Shown here: positions 24,665 through 34,305 of the stretch, one piece after another | Layout: every line of letters begins with the position of its first letter | How positions within the stretch are numbered: the stretch's first letter is position 1 | From: a virus | Lineage: Duplodnaviria > Caudoviricetes | Reading direction: 5' to 3' (one strand) | DNA: 50,360 bases | Virus record (IMG/VR): IMGVR_UViG_3300044606_000249 | Coordinates: 1-50,360 of that record | Notes under the pieces: generated by a model | Told to the model about the DNA's origin: nothing | The model's database searches: none | Seen by the model: only the letters and a program-made list of their open reading frames with translations | Position numbers and translations under genes: made by a program

Positions 24665-26247
24665 TGGCAAAGCGCCGACCGCCGCGCAGCGTGCGCGCAT
24701 CTGCGCCGCCTATGGCGATGGCCGCCACCACGCAGCACGCAGCCGCCGCTTACGACGACCTGTCGATGGCTGGATGGACGCCGTTCTCGGGCAGCGCAGA
24801 CGCCGACCTGCTGCCGGAGCTTGGCACGCTCACCGCACGCTCGCGGGACATGAGCCGCAACAACGGGCTCGCCGCCGGCACGTTGCAGACCTACAAGGAC
24901 AACATCGTCGGCAGCATCCTGCGGCTGTCGAGCAAGCCAGATTACCGGCTGCTCGGCTGGACGCCGGAACAGGCCCGAGACTGGGCCAACCTCACCGAGG
25001 CAAAGTTCCGCACCTGGGCTGACACGACGGATTGCGATGCCGCGGGAGAGCTGAACCTGCTCGGCCTGACGCTGCAAGCGCTTGGCGGCGCCATCATGAA
25101 TGGCGATGCGCTGGCGCTGCCGCTCTGGCTGCCGCGCCCCGGAGAGCACTGGGCCACCCGCCTGATGATGGTCGAGTCCGATCGCCTCGACACGCCGCCT
25201 GAGTTCGTCCATCGCGCCGACATCCGATCCGGGATCGAGCGCGACCGCTACGGCGCGCCCGTCGCCTACTACATCGCGCGCGAGCACCCAGGTGACAGTT
25301 TCATCCTCAACGGGATGCCGATCTACACCAGGGCGCCCAAGTTCGACCGCATCCCGGCAAAGACGGCGTGGGGCCGGCGCCGTGTGATCCACCTGCACGA
25401 CAAGGAGCGCACCGGGCAGTCTCGAGGCAAGCCCATCGTGACTGCCGTGATGCGCGAATTTCACATGGCCGGCAAGTACAGCAACACCGAGCTGCAGGCC
25501 GCCGTCGCCAACTCGCTCATCGCCGCGTTCCTGGAGTCGGACCTGTCGCCCGACGCCTCCGCGCAACTGTTCGGCGAAGAGCCGCGCAACGTGTGGAACG
25601 AGTCGGTACGCCAGGCGCGCGGCATCCGCGAACTCAAGGGCGCCGCAGTCATCCCGCTGCCTGCCGGCGCTCGGCTGTCGAGTTTCACCCCTGGCCGCCC
25701 GAACGCCGCGTTCGAAGCGTTCATGCTGGCTACCCTGCGGCACATCGCGGCAGGCCTCAACATTCCGTATGAGCTGCTGGTCAAGGACTTCTCGAAGACC
25801 AACTACAGCAGCGCCCGCGCCGCGCTGCTCGAGGCCTGGCGCTACTTCCATGGCCGCCGCCGCTGGCTCACCGACACCTGGCTGCGGCCGATCTTCGAGC
25901 TCTGGCTCGAAGAGGCGGTGAACGCCGGCGAGATCGAAGCGCCTGACTTCTACCGCAACCGCTACGCCTACACGCGCTGTCGCTTCATCTTTGCAGGCCG
26001 CGGTTGGGTCGATCCGGTGAAGGAAGCCAGCGCAGCCGTCATGCGTATGGAGGCCGGCCTCAGCACGCTCGAGATGGAGTGCGCGGAACAGGGGCTCGAC
26101 TACGAAGAGGTGGCAGAGCAGCGCGCCGCAGAGAAGCGGCTGCTGGAATCGCTGGGGCTGCCCGGACTCACGATCGATCAGGTCACCGCGCTCAATGCCA
26201 GCACTCGGCAAGAGCGCGATGATGCGCCGGCAGGGGGAGAGCAATGA
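24661..26247 (+). CDS. Portal protein, lambda family
   Basis: RSRDM.RNN, GQSRG.P, NYSSARAALLE, WVDPVKE. Confidence 0.95.
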   Translation: MMAKRRPPRSVRASAPPMAMAATTQHAAAAYDDLSMAGWTPFSGSADADLLPELGTLTARSRDMSRNNGLAAGTLQTYKDNIVGSILRLSSKPDYRLLGWTPEQARDWANLTEAKFRTWADTTDCDAAGELNLLGLTLQALGGAIMNGDALALPLWLPRPGEHWATRLMMVESDRLDTPPEFVHRADIRSGIERDRYGAPVAYYIAREHPGDSFILNGMPIYTRAPKFDRIPAKTAWGRRRVIHLHDKERTGQSRGKPIVTAVMREFHMAGKYSNTELQAAVANSLIAAFLESDLSPDASAQLFGEEPRNVWNESVRQARGIRELKGAAVIPLPAGARLSSFTPGRPNAAFEAFMLATLRHIAAGLNIPYELLVKDFSKTNYSSARAALLEAWRYFHGRRRWLTDTWLRPIFELWLEEAVNAGEIEAPDFYRNRYAYTRCRFIFAGRGWVDPVKEASAAVMRMEAGLSTLEMECAEQGLDYEEVAEQRAAEKRLLESLGLPGLTIDQVTALNASTRQERDDAPAGGEQ

Positions 26248-26600
26248 CCGAGCCCGCCACCACCACCAGCGTGGCGGCCACTGCCGGCGGCATCATGATC
26301 GCCGGCCTTGCCACCGGGCTGCCAGCCGAGCTCATCTTCCCGGCCTTCGTCGGCGCGCTCTGGTCGCTCCGCACGGCGACCGAGGGCAGCGCCATCGCCC
26401 GCGTCACCCAGGTGCTCATCGGCACCCTGGCTGCTGCCTGGATGGCCATGCCTGTCACGCTGGCCGCCGCCAGCTTCGTCCCCGAGGCCGCATCCATCAG
26501 CGCGGACATCCTGCGCTACCCCGTCGCGTTCGCGCTCGGTTGGGGCGGTCTTTCGATCCTGCTCGACCGCATCGGCCGCTTGATGGGAGGCCCGCGATGA
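26244..26600 (+). CDS. Putative holin
   Basis: 118 aa with about 3 hydrophobic helices, directly upstream of the endolysin. Confidence 0.6.
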   Translation: MTEPATTTSVAATAGGIMIAGLATGLPAELIFPAFVGALWSLRTATEGSAIARVTQVLIGTLAAAWMAMPVTLAAASFVPEAASISADILRYPVAFALGWGGLSILLDRIGRLMGGPR

Positions 26601-26857
26601 TGACCCCCGCCGTGCTCGCCATCGTCACGCTCGAGCTGATCGCCGCCTGCGTCATCGCGCTGCAGGCCGTGCTGCACATCAACCGCATGTCACGCGACAC
26701 GCGCCTGTGCGTGTTCGGCGGATGGGTGCTGCTCGGCGGATCGGCCGCGGCGGTTGTGGCGGGCGTGCTCGCCGGCAAGACGCACCCGGATTTCTACAGC
26801 GCGACCGTGATGCTCGGCGTGGCGCTGGTGCTGATCGCAGACCGGAGGCGCAGATGA
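26597..26857 (+). CDS. Second small membrane protein of the lysis cassette (holin/antiholin-like)
   Basis: 86 aa, three hydrophobic segments, basic C-terminus DRRRR. Confidence 0.6.
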   Translation: MMTPAVLAIVTLELIAACVIALQAVLHINRMSRDTRLCVFGGWVLLGGSAAAVVAGVLAGKTHPDFYSATVMLGVALVLIADRRRR

Positions 26858-27465
26858 TCACGACTGCCGTCCTCCAAGAACTCGGCGCCTCGTGGCGTGA
26901 TGCTGCGATGTACTGGGGCCCGCTCAATGCGACCGCCGAGCGCTACGAGATCAATACCCCGCGCCGTGTGGCGTGCTGGCTTGGCCAGCTTGGCCACGAG
27001 TCTCAGGGCTTCAAGCGGGTCGTCGAGAACCTCAACTATTCGGCGCAGCGGCTGCTCGTCGTGTTCCCAAAGTATTTCGACGCGCAGTCCGCAGAGGAGT
27101 ACGCCCGCAACCCCGCCCGGATCGCGTCGCGCGTCTATGGCGGACGCATGGGCAACGGCAGCGAGGCCACGCGCGACGGCTGGCACTTCCGTGGCCGTGG
27201 GCTGATCCAGATCACCGGGCGAGAGAACTACGCCCGCTGCGGCGAAGCCCTGGGCGTGGATCTCACCCGTCGCCCCGATCTGCTCGAGCGGCCGATGTAC
27301 GCCGCACTGTCCGCCGGCTGGTACTGGCACGAGCACAACCTGAACGCGCTCGCCGACCGTCTGGATATGCACGCGATTACCCGTCGTATCAACGGCGGCA
27401 CCAACGGCGCACAGGATCGCGTCGAGCTGACTGCAAAGGCGCTTCGCGCGCTCGGAGGGCTGTGA
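26854..27465 (+). CDS. Glycoside hydrolase family 19 endolysin
   Basis: LGQLGHES, ENLNYSA, FRGRGLIQITGRENY, ITRRINGG. Confidence 0.92.
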   Translation: MITTAVLQELGASWRDAAMYWGPLNATAERYEINTPRRVACWLGQLGHESQGFKRVVENLNYSAQRLLVVFPKYFDAQSAEEYARNPARIASRVYGGRMGNGSEATRDGWHFRGRGLIQITGRENYARCGEALGVDLTRRPDLLERPMYAALSAGWYWHEHNLNALADRLDMHAITRRINGGTNGAQDRVELTAKALRALGGL

Positions 27466-27466
27466 T

Positions 27467-27859
27467 GTGGTCAATCCCTATCTGCTTCTGGCCTGCGGCC
27501 TGGCTCTCGCTCTGGTGGGCGGGGGCGGCTACTACCACGGCCGCACGACTGCCGAGGATGCCTGCATTGCGCGAGCCGCCGAAGCTGCGCACGCCGCTGC
27601 TGAGTCTGCACGCCTCGACGCTGAAGCTGAATCCGCACGCCGGGCTGAAGAGTCCGCGCGGATGGCTGCAGCCGCGTCTGCATCTCGTGAAGCCCGGCTG
27701 CGAGGACAGTTGAATGCGCTCAAGTCTGCTCCCCGCCCTGATTGCCTGCTCCCTGCTGACCGGGTGCGCGACCTCAACGATGCCATACGAGCCGCGAATC
27801 AAGCTGCAACAGCCGAGCGAATGCCTGGTGCCATGCCCGGCGCTGCCGCTGCTTACTGA
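27467..27859 (+). CDS. i-spanin (Rz-like)
   Basis: N-terminal TM, Ala-rich coiled coil, C-terminal Cys. Follows the endolysin. Confidence 0.75.
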   Translation: MVNPYLLLACGLALALVGGGGYYHGRTTAEDACIARAAEAAHAAAESARLDAEAESARRAEESARMAAAASASREARLRGQLNALKSAPRPDCLLPADRVRDLNDAIRAANQAATAERMPGAMPGAAAAY

Positions 27860-27959
27860 GCCCGACGAGCTGGCCGTGGCCATCTGGACCTATGACCTCA
27901 TCGACGCGGCTGCGGAATGCAGACGCATGCACGAAACCTGCCGCAAGGCTCACAAGTAG
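27714..27959 (+). CDS. o-spanin (Rz1-like lipoprotein)
   Basis: Lipobox LLTGC, Pro/Cys-rich, overlapping Rz in another frame. Confidence 0.8.
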   Translation: MRSSLLPALIACSLLTGCATSTMPYEPRIKLQQPSECLVPCPALPLLTEPDELAVAIWTYDLIDAAAECRRMHETCRKAHK

Positions 27960-27968
27960 GAGACCGCC

Positions 27969-28382
27969 ATGGGCGCCCTGACGAACTACACCGAAGACGA
28001 AATCATCAAGCACCTCTTCCGCACCGGCAGCTTCACGAAGCCGTCCGGTCTGCATGTGGCCCTGTTCACCGCCGCGCCAGGCGAGGCCGGTGGAGGCACT
28101 GAGGTCTCGGGCGGCAGCTATGCCCGCGTGGCGTCCGCGCCCGGCGATGCCAACTGGAACGCCACTGCCGGTGGCAACGGTACGACCACGAACGCCGTTG
28201 CCGTGACCTTCCCTGCGCCGACCGCGAACTGGGGCAGCGTCACGCACTGGGGCATCTTCGACGCTGCCACGGGCGGCAATCTGCTGATCTACGCCGCGCT
28301 CTCGACCGCCAAGACGATCAACAGCGGTGACGCTGCGCCTGCGTTTGCCCCGGGCGCCCTGAGCTTCCAGATCGACGACTGA
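27969..28382 (+). CDS. Virion fibre-associated structural protein
   Basis: NY.E......L..ALFTA.P...GG.EVSGGSYAR...VTFP..T.NWG.VTH.GIFDAATGGNLL motif, common in phage fibre modules. Confidence 0.7.
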   Translation: MGALTNYTEDEIIKHLFRTGSFTKPSGLHVALFTAAPGEAGGGTEVSGGSYARVASAPGDANWNATAGGNGTTTNAVAVTFPAPTANWGSVTHWGIFDAATGGNLLIYAALSTAKTINSGDAAPAFAPGALSFQIDD

Positions 28383-28384
28383 TT

Positions 28385-28702
28385 ATGCATAACTGCATCG
28401 ACCACGCCTGCGATGTCGTGTGCAGCGATGCGCAGTACCTCGTGCTGCGCACGCCCACGCTGCCGTGGCGCCCGTACCCGCACACGATGGCCGCGCGCGA
28501 GATCGGTGCAGTCAGCAACCATCACCCAGCGGAAGGCAAAGCGAAGATCAACGCCGCGCTCGGCTACGTCGGCGTGACCGACACGCAGGACCACGACGCG
28601 CCGCGCGTCTGGACGCCGAACAAACTGATGCTGGCCGCGTGCGTTTTTGCTGCGGGCGTCGTGCTGTGGCGCATCAAGCGGCTGTGGAGGCGTCATGGCT
28701 AA
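28385..28702 (+). CDS. Hypothetical protein with C-terminal TM segment
   Basis: Tiles the operon. LMLAACVFAAGVVLW. Confidence 0.55.
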   Translation: MHNCIDHACDVVCSDAQYLVLRTPTLPWRPYPHTMAAREIGAVSNHHPAEGKAKINAALGYVGVTDTQDHDAPRVWTPNKLMLAACVFAAGVVLWRIKRLWRRHG

Positions 28703-30074
28703 CCCGGTGCCGCTGACCTACACGTCGCCTGTACAGCGCGTCGGCGGCGGGCGCGACGTGTTCCCGAACGCGAGCCTCGATCTAATCGCGGCAGCACCGG
28801 AGGGCGGGTGGGCGAAATTATCCGCAGCGAGCTGGCAGACGATCTGGCTGCCTCCGGACGAGCGTGTCCTGTACGGCGGCGGCGCAGTGACCCCGATTAG
28901 CGTCATCTCGGCCTGGTCGTCCGTTGCGTGGGACAGCAAGCGAGGCCGCTTGTACCTGTGGGGCGGTGGCCACGCCAACTACAACGGCAACGAGTTCTAT
29001 GTTTGGGATTCGAGAACCCGCCTGTGGTCTGTTGGCTATCACCCAACAGAAGTTGATACTGGCACATCTGGATACAGATATGTGCGTGGAGGGTCGCTTA
29101 ATGCGCCTGCGTCGGCGCACACATACGACAGTCAGCTTTACCTTCCTATCTTGGACCGCTTCTGCACATTTGGCGGCGCCGAGATGCAGTCTGGCGCGCA
29201 CTTTGCGTACCGCAACACGGAAACCGGACTGCAAGAGCGCGTTATCCCGTGCTTTACGGCGCAAGTAGAGCTTATCAACAAGGGGTTTGTCGGCGGACTG
29301 CCGGGTACAAACGTGCAGCGCAACAGCACGCTTGGGCAATACCGATACGGCGCCAGAGCATGGCAGGCTCGGGACTGGTATGCGCCTGGATCGCCGGTTT
29401 CAGCGCCGAACATGGGGACGCATACAGACGGGTCGACCGCGTACCGCGAAGAGGCCGGGAAGGACGTTGTGTATTTCGCGGGCGGCGCGGGCTACAACCT
29501 CTACCGCATTCAGTTCAACGACGACGACTGGCGGAACGATGAGGTCACGCAAGTCGGCGGGTATTGGAGCAGCCCTGCGGGCCAGCACACGGGAACCATC
29601 TTTGAGCCGCTTAATGCGTATGTCAGGACGGGCAGCGCAGCAAACGCTTTCGTCTACTGGAATCTCAGCACCCCCGGCGCGAAAAATTACGGGGTCAATG
29701 TCAGCACGGCCGGAATATCTGGCGACACAACAGACTTCGCCGCCGAGATTGATGCTGATCGTATCGGCATCGACTACGACCCCGTTCGTCAGTGCATCTA
29801 TGCGTGGGCAGGAACTGGTGGGCGCGTCTGGAAGATCACTCCACCTGCAACACTGGGAGCAAGCGGGTGGGGCATCGAGCTTGTGTCAGACGACACCGCG
29901 CCCCGCCCAACAACGCGCGCTGAGGCACTGGCGTCGGGCGACTTCGCCGGTGCAGCGCTCGGCAAATGGAGGTACGCGCCTGATCTTGACTGCTTCGTCG
30001 CGCTCAACAGTAAATTTAATGCGGACGTGTGGGCGTGGAAGCCGCACGGCTGGATAGACCCGAGGGGCATCTGA
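28695..30074 (+). CDS. Kelch-like beta-propeller protein (putative receptor/glycan-binding)
   Basis: AWSSVAWDS...LYLWGGGH.NY.GNE.Y.WD, HTYD...FGG, Trp/Gly-rich blades. Lower GC. Confidence 0.65.
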   Translation: MANPVPLTYTSPVQRVGGGRDVFPNASLDLIAAAPEGGWAKLSAASWQTIWLPPDERVLYGGGAVTPISVISAWSSVAWDSKRGRLYLWGGGHANYNGNEFYVWDSRTRLWSVGYHPTEVDTGTSGYRYVRGGSLNAPASAHTYDSQLYLPILDRFCTFGGAEMQSGAHFAYRNTETGLQERVIPCFTAQVELINKGFVGGLPGTNVQRNSTLGQYRYGARAWQARDWYAPGSPVSAPNMGTHTDGSTAYREEAGKDVVYFAGGAGYNLYRIQFNDDDWRNDEVTQVGGYWSSPAGQHTGTIFEPLNAYVRTGSAANAFVYWNLSTPGAKNYGVNVSTAGISGDTTDFAAEIDADRIGIDYDPVRQCIYAWAGTGGRVWKITPPATLGASGWGIELVSDDTAPRPTTRAEALASGDFAGAALGKWRYAPDLDCFVALNSKFNADVWAWKPHGWIDPRGI

Positions 30075-31597
30075 TGGCGCTCACGCTAAACACATCGCAC
30101 CCACTGTATGCGAACCTGAAATTGCTGGTGTGCGTCGACGATGACGGGTCAGTAAAAGACCTTGTCACCCCATCAAGGACAGTCACGCTCGATACTGGCG
30201 TGACTGTCGGGAGCGGGACGTATGGGCGACACGTCAAGACGCTTAAAGGCCCAGACAATTTTACCCCGCGCCGTGTCTCATGGACCCCACTAGATGTTAC
30301 GCGGACGGGTACGGCGTTCGTAGTCGTTAACGATATTACTGACCTTGTAGGGACAGAGCTTGGCAGGGTCGCTTTGTACGGATCAACAGCGGTAAAGAAC
30401 AGTCTACTCATACCTGCCGCGTTGACAAGTAACACGCTCGTTGGGCGCTGCAACAACTCCGGGATAGTATCAAAGACTACGCCAGCGGTAGCAGGGTCGA
30501 TTTTGTCGCAAGGGGCGCTTTCTCTTGCGACTGGGTTTGACGTGTCCGTTGGGGCGAAGGTCTGGAAGAATGGCGTTCTTGGCGTAACAGACGCTACGCT
30601 GGATACGACGACAGATCTCGGCGACGTTGCAGCAGCTGGCGGGCGCAGCACGCAGGGCGTTTTTGCAGCTGAGTTCGTTTGGATCGCAATCTTTGACCGC
30701 ATTTTGACGGATGCGGAAGTCGCAGACCTGCACGGCTCTCTTGGCGCAAGCAATGCGTTCGCGCTTGTCAGTGCTGGTGTGCCGCCCTCCGGCACCGTCA
30801 CGATTGGCACGATCACGCCGTCCTCGACCTCTGCATCGGTCCCCTACAGCTACAGCGGTAGTGACGCGACCGGCTTCGAGTACCGGCTCAACGGTGGCGC
30901 CGCGACCACCATCGGCGCATCACCCGCTACGATCTCGGGCCTGACTGCCGGCACACCGTACAGCATCGAGGTCCGGGCGATCAATTCCACCGGGCCGGGC
31001 GCGTGGAGCGCGGTGGCGAACTTCACGACAGAGGCCGAGGGTCCGGGCAACCTGCCGCCCAGCTTCGACGGCCCGAGCATCGCGGCTATCAGCGCCACTG
31101 AAGGTGTCGCGCTCTCCGCGCTGGATGTGTCCTCGCGCTTCTCGGATGCCGAGTCTGCGCTGACGTTCTCGGCGGTCGGCTCGTGGCCTGCTGGCGTCAC
31201 AGTGTCGAGCGCGGGCGTCATCAGCGGTACACCGACCACGGCGGGTACGTACTCCGGGCTGCAAGTGCGGGCGACGGATGCCGGGGCGCTGACGGCGGAC
31301 TCCAACACGTTCTCGATCACGGTCGCTGCGGCTGCGCTGCCGAGCACGATCACTGTCACCGAGCCGCTGAAGAACAACACCGGCACGTTGCTGGCAAACG
31401 TCAGCGGCGTCCGCGTGGCCGTTCTCGAAGCTGCAACGCTGGCTGGCGTGTTCGAGACATCTGGCCTCACGACCAGCGCGAGCGGCCTGCTTGCTGCGAT
31501 CACTGACGCCTCGATCACGACCGGGCAGCAGTACCACGTTGTGATCAAACTCGCTGACGGCAGCGTCGGCATCACCGGGCCGATCACCGCATCATGA
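30074..31597 (+). CDS. Fibre/adhesin with LamG-like, FN3 and Ig (He_PIG-like) domains
   Basis: AIFDRILTDAEV (LamG end), ISGLTAGTPYSIEVRAINSTGPGAWS (FN3), WPAGVTVSSAGVISGTPT (He_PIG). Confidence 0.8.
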   Translation: MALTLNTSHPLYANLKLLVCVDDDGSVKDLVTPSRTVTLDTGVTVGSGTYGRHVKTLKGPDNFTPRRVSWTPLDVTRTGTAFVVVNDITDLVGTELGRVALYGSTAVKNSLLIPAALTSNTLVGRCNNSGIVSKTTPAVAGSILSQGALSLATGFDVSVGAKVWKNGVLGVTDATLDTTTDLGDVAAAGGRSTQGVFAAEFVWIAIFDRILTDAEVADLHGSLGASNAFALVSAGVPPSGTVTIGTITPSSTSASVPYSYSGSDATGFEYRLNGGAATTIGASPATISGLTAGTPYSIEVRAINSTGPGAWSAVANFTTEAEGPGNLPPSFDGPSIAAISATEGVALSALDVSSRFSDAESALTFSAVGSWPAGVTVSSAGVISGTPTTAGTYSGLQVRATDAGALTADSNTFSITVAAAALPSTITVTEPLKNNTGTLLANVSGVRVAVLEAATLAGVFETSGLTTSASGLLAAITDASITTGQQYHVVIKLADGSVGITGPITAS

Positions 31598-32595
31598 GCG
31601 TCCGCGTTGATTCCTCTTCGCTGATCACAGGGGCCGTCGTTGTCGGCGTCCCCGGCCTAGGCGTGCTCGCAGAGCAGGTGCCGACAACCGGGGAGCACGG
31701 CGGAGGCATAGCGGCAACGTGGCTTGGACCAGGGGACGCCGGCAAAGAGGTCCGCGTGTTCGTCACGAGCTGGCCGGCGGCTGGCTCGCTGTTCGTGTAC
31801 GAGGACACGTCGTTCGATTACGACGGCCCGAGTACGGCATTCGAGACCCAGCTTTACCTCGACGGCGTAGCAGTCGGCACGCCCCAGCCGGTCACGATCA
31901 CTGTCGGCGGCGAATCGGCAGACCTCTCCGGCGCTGCCGTCTCCATCTCCACCGCCACCGGCACGCTCACCACCTCCATCCAGCTCGCCGGCTCTGCTGC
32001 ATCGCTCTCGACTGCAGACGGAAACCTCAGCGCACAGATCACGCTCTCCGGCGCGGCGCTCGCCCAGGCTGCAGCCACGGCCGCGCTCACGGCTGGCGCT
32101 GCCGACCTGACTGGCGACGCGCATGCAACGGCTGCGGCGATCGGCGCGCTCACGACACAGATCCGGCTATCGGGCGCTGCCGTGGCGCAGGCGCTGGCCG
32201 GCGCTGACCTGACAACCGAGTCCGACGGCCTCTCTGGTAGCGCGCAAGCCAGCGCGACCGCTATGGGTCTGCTTGGAACCGGAATTCCGCTTGTGGGCGA
32301 GGCCACCGCAACTGCATCTGCAGCCGGCGCGATCGGCGTCCCGATCATGCTCTCGGGCGCCGCGGCTGCGGTGTCGAGTGCAACGGGCGAGCTGACGATC
32401 GCGCTCGCGCTCGAAGGCCACTCCCTGGCCTCCGCGCTGGCATCCGGCTCACTCACGACCCAGATACGCCTCAGCGGCGCCGCGCTGGGCCGCGCAGCAG
32501 CGTCGGGGGCGCTCGCAGGCACGCAGATCGAAACGCCGGCCCGTCGCATCTATCGCGTCCGCTATCCAGCCAGAATCATGAGAGTCACGACATGA
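31594..32595 (+). CDS. Repetitive fibre shaft protein
   Basis: About 11 imperfect ~20-aa repeats L(S/T/A)G.A.A...A.G.L. Confidence 0.7.
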   Translation: MSVRVDSSSLITGAVVVGVPGLGVLAEQVPTTGEHGGGIAATWLGPGDAGKEVRVFVTSWPAAGSLFVYEDTSFDYDGPSTAFETQLYLDGVAVGTPQPVTITVGGESADLSGAAVSISTATGTLTTSIQLAGSAASLSTADGNLSAQITLSGAALAQAAATAALTAGAADLTGDAHATAAAIGALTTQIRLSGAAVAQALAGADLTTESDGLSGSAQASATAMGLLGTGIPLVGEATATASAAGAIGVPIMLSGAAAAVSSATGELTIALALEGHSLASALASGSLTTQIRLSGAALGRAAASGALAGTQIETPARRIYRVRYPARIMRVTT

Positions 32596-32900
32596 CGACC
32601 CGCTCCGCTTTCATCATCCGCCAAGACGGCACGCCGGCCGTCTATCAGGGTGCCGCCGACGCCCTCGACTACGGCCTCGACCACGCTGACCTGCTCGACG
32701 GCGGCGACACGATCATCTCGAGCACCTGGAGCGCGACCGACGCGCTCACGATCAACGCGCCCACTGTCACGGGCTCGGTCGTCTCCGTGCTCATCGGCGG
32801 CACGGGCGGGAGTGTGACTAACACGGTCGAGACGGCAGCAGGGCGGCGCAAGAGCGTGAGCTTTTGCGTGCTGCCGGTGGCGGTGGCGAGTTGCAGCTAA
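32592..32900 (+). CDS. Putative fibre adaptor protein
   Basis: ALDYGLD...L..GDTI.SSTW...V.IGG......V.T.AGR...SF pattern. Confidence 0.6.
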   Translation: MTTRSAFIIRQDGTPAVYQGAADALDYGLDHADLLDGGDTIISSTWSATDALTINAPTVTGSVVSVLIGGTGGSVTNTVETAAGRRKSVSFCVLPVAVASCS

Positions 32901-32901
32901 A

Positions 32902-32941
32902 GCGGAACAATTTAGTGAACAGTTCCCCTGAACTGTTCCGC
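32902..32941 (+). promoter_or_regulatory. 40-bp late-promoter box, copy 2
   Basis: Exact repeat of 24362-24401, directly upstream of the head protease gene. Confidence 0.75.
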
Positions 32942-32964
32942 GCGAGCCCGGCAATCTGGCCGGC

Positions 32965-34290
32965 ATGCGCAACCTTGCACACCTTGCCGGCCGCCTCTAC
33001 AACACGCCGCTGCTGATCCACCCGGACAAAGCAGAGGTCATCGAGCGCGTCTTTGCCGCCAAGCTCGGCGCAGATCTTGCGCTGCCGCTCTCGGCAGACA
33101 TCGAGAAGCCAACCCCCGAGGCCGTCGCCTACGCCGCCCCGCGCTACGCCGATAAGCCCTACATCGTCACCGAAGGGCAGGTCGCCGTTATCCCGGTCAT
33201 GGGCTCGCTGGTGCAGCGTGCGGGCGGACTCGACGCCATGTCGGGCCTCACTGGATACAACCGCATCGAGCGTCTGTTCCGCCAGGCGCAGGCCGACCGC
33301 GATGTGCGCGGCGTGCTGCTCGAGATGGATAGCCCTGGCGGCGAAGGATCGGGCCTCTTCGACCTTGCCGACCTGCTCGCCCGCGCCGAAAAGCCCACAT
33401 GGGCAGCAGTTAATGAGATGGCATATTCCGCAGGCTACGCCATCGCTGTCGCAACGCAGCGCATCGCCGTGACCCGCACCGCGGGCGTTGGCTCTGTCGG
33501 CGTCATCGCGCTGCATATGGACCAGTCCGAGCGCGACGCGAAAGAGGGTCGCCGCTACACCGCAATCTACGCCGGCGCGCGCAAGAACGACTTTTCCAGC
33601 CATGAGCCGCTTTCCTCCGATGCCCGCTCTGTACTTCAGGCGAGCATCGACCGCATGTATGCGCTCTTTGTCGATCACGTCGCCGCGGCCCGCAAGTTGA
33701 GTGCGGACGCGGTGCGCGCCACCGAAGCCGGCCTGTTCGATGGGCATCTTGCGGTGGACGTTGGTTTTGCCGACGCCGTGCAGCCCTTCAACGACACGCT
33801 TCAGGAACTGGAACAGCACGTCGCCGGCACCCGCATGAGTTTTTCCACCCAGGGCATTGCTGCCCGCCACTCAGGAGCCCATTCAAAAATGAATGAGAGC
33901 CAGAACCCCGCGGCGGGGGGCGAAACCGCCAACACCGGCTTCTCGCAAGCCGATCTCGACCGCGCCCGAGCGGAAGGCCACGCCGCAGGCATCAAGGCCG
34001 GCACGGAGTCCGAGCGCGCCCGCATTACCGGCATCTACGGCCACGCCGAAGCCGACGGCCGCCGTGCCATGGCCGACAAGTGCGTCGGCATGGGCTTGAG
34101 CGTCGAGCAGGCCGGCGAGCTGCTGGCCGCTGCGCCCAAGGAGGCTGCACCGCAGGCTGCTGCAAACCCGTTCGCCGCCGCCATGTCGGCGATCGGCAAC
34201 CCGGCAACCTCCGGGGTGGAGGCCGCCGTCTCCGACAAGCCCGACGAGGCCGCGCTTGCCGCGCAAGTCCTCGCCGCGTTCCGCCAGTAA
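32965..34290 (+). CDS. S49 head maturation protease with C-terminal scaffold (gpC/Nu3-like)
   Basis: DSPGG, AYSAGY, VGSVGV. Ala-rich C-terminal scaffold region with an internal AGGAG + ATG (MNESQN). Confidence 0.92.
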   Translation: MRNLAHLAGRLYNTPLLIHPDKAEVIERVFAAKLGADLALPLSADIEKPTPEAVAYAAPRYADKPYIVTEGQVAVIPVMGSLVQRAGGLDAMSGLTGYNRIERLFRQAQADRDVRGVLLEMDSPGGEGSGLFDLADLLARAEKPTWAAVNEMAYSAGYAIAVATQRIAVTRTAGVGSVGVIALHMDQSERDAKEGRRYTAIYAGARKNDFSSHEPLSSDARSVLQASIDRMYALFVDHVAAARKLSADAVRATEAGLFDGHLAVDVGFADAVQPFNDTLQELEQHVAGTRMSFSTQGIAARHSGAHSKMNESQNPAAGGETANTGFSQADLDRARAEGHAAGIKAGTESERARITGIYGHAEADGRRAMADKCVGMGLSVEQAGELLAAAPKEAAPQAAANPFAAAMSAIGNPATSGVEAAVSDKPDEAALAAQVLAAFRQ

Positions 34291-34305
34291 TCAGGAGCCA
34301 CAACC

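Noticed and set aside
21015-27469. Out-of-frame ATG overlapping the GTG starts of terS (21015) and Rz (27465), both in ATGTGG
   Set aside because: Only two short instances, which could be chance. Nothing else supports a regulatory role.
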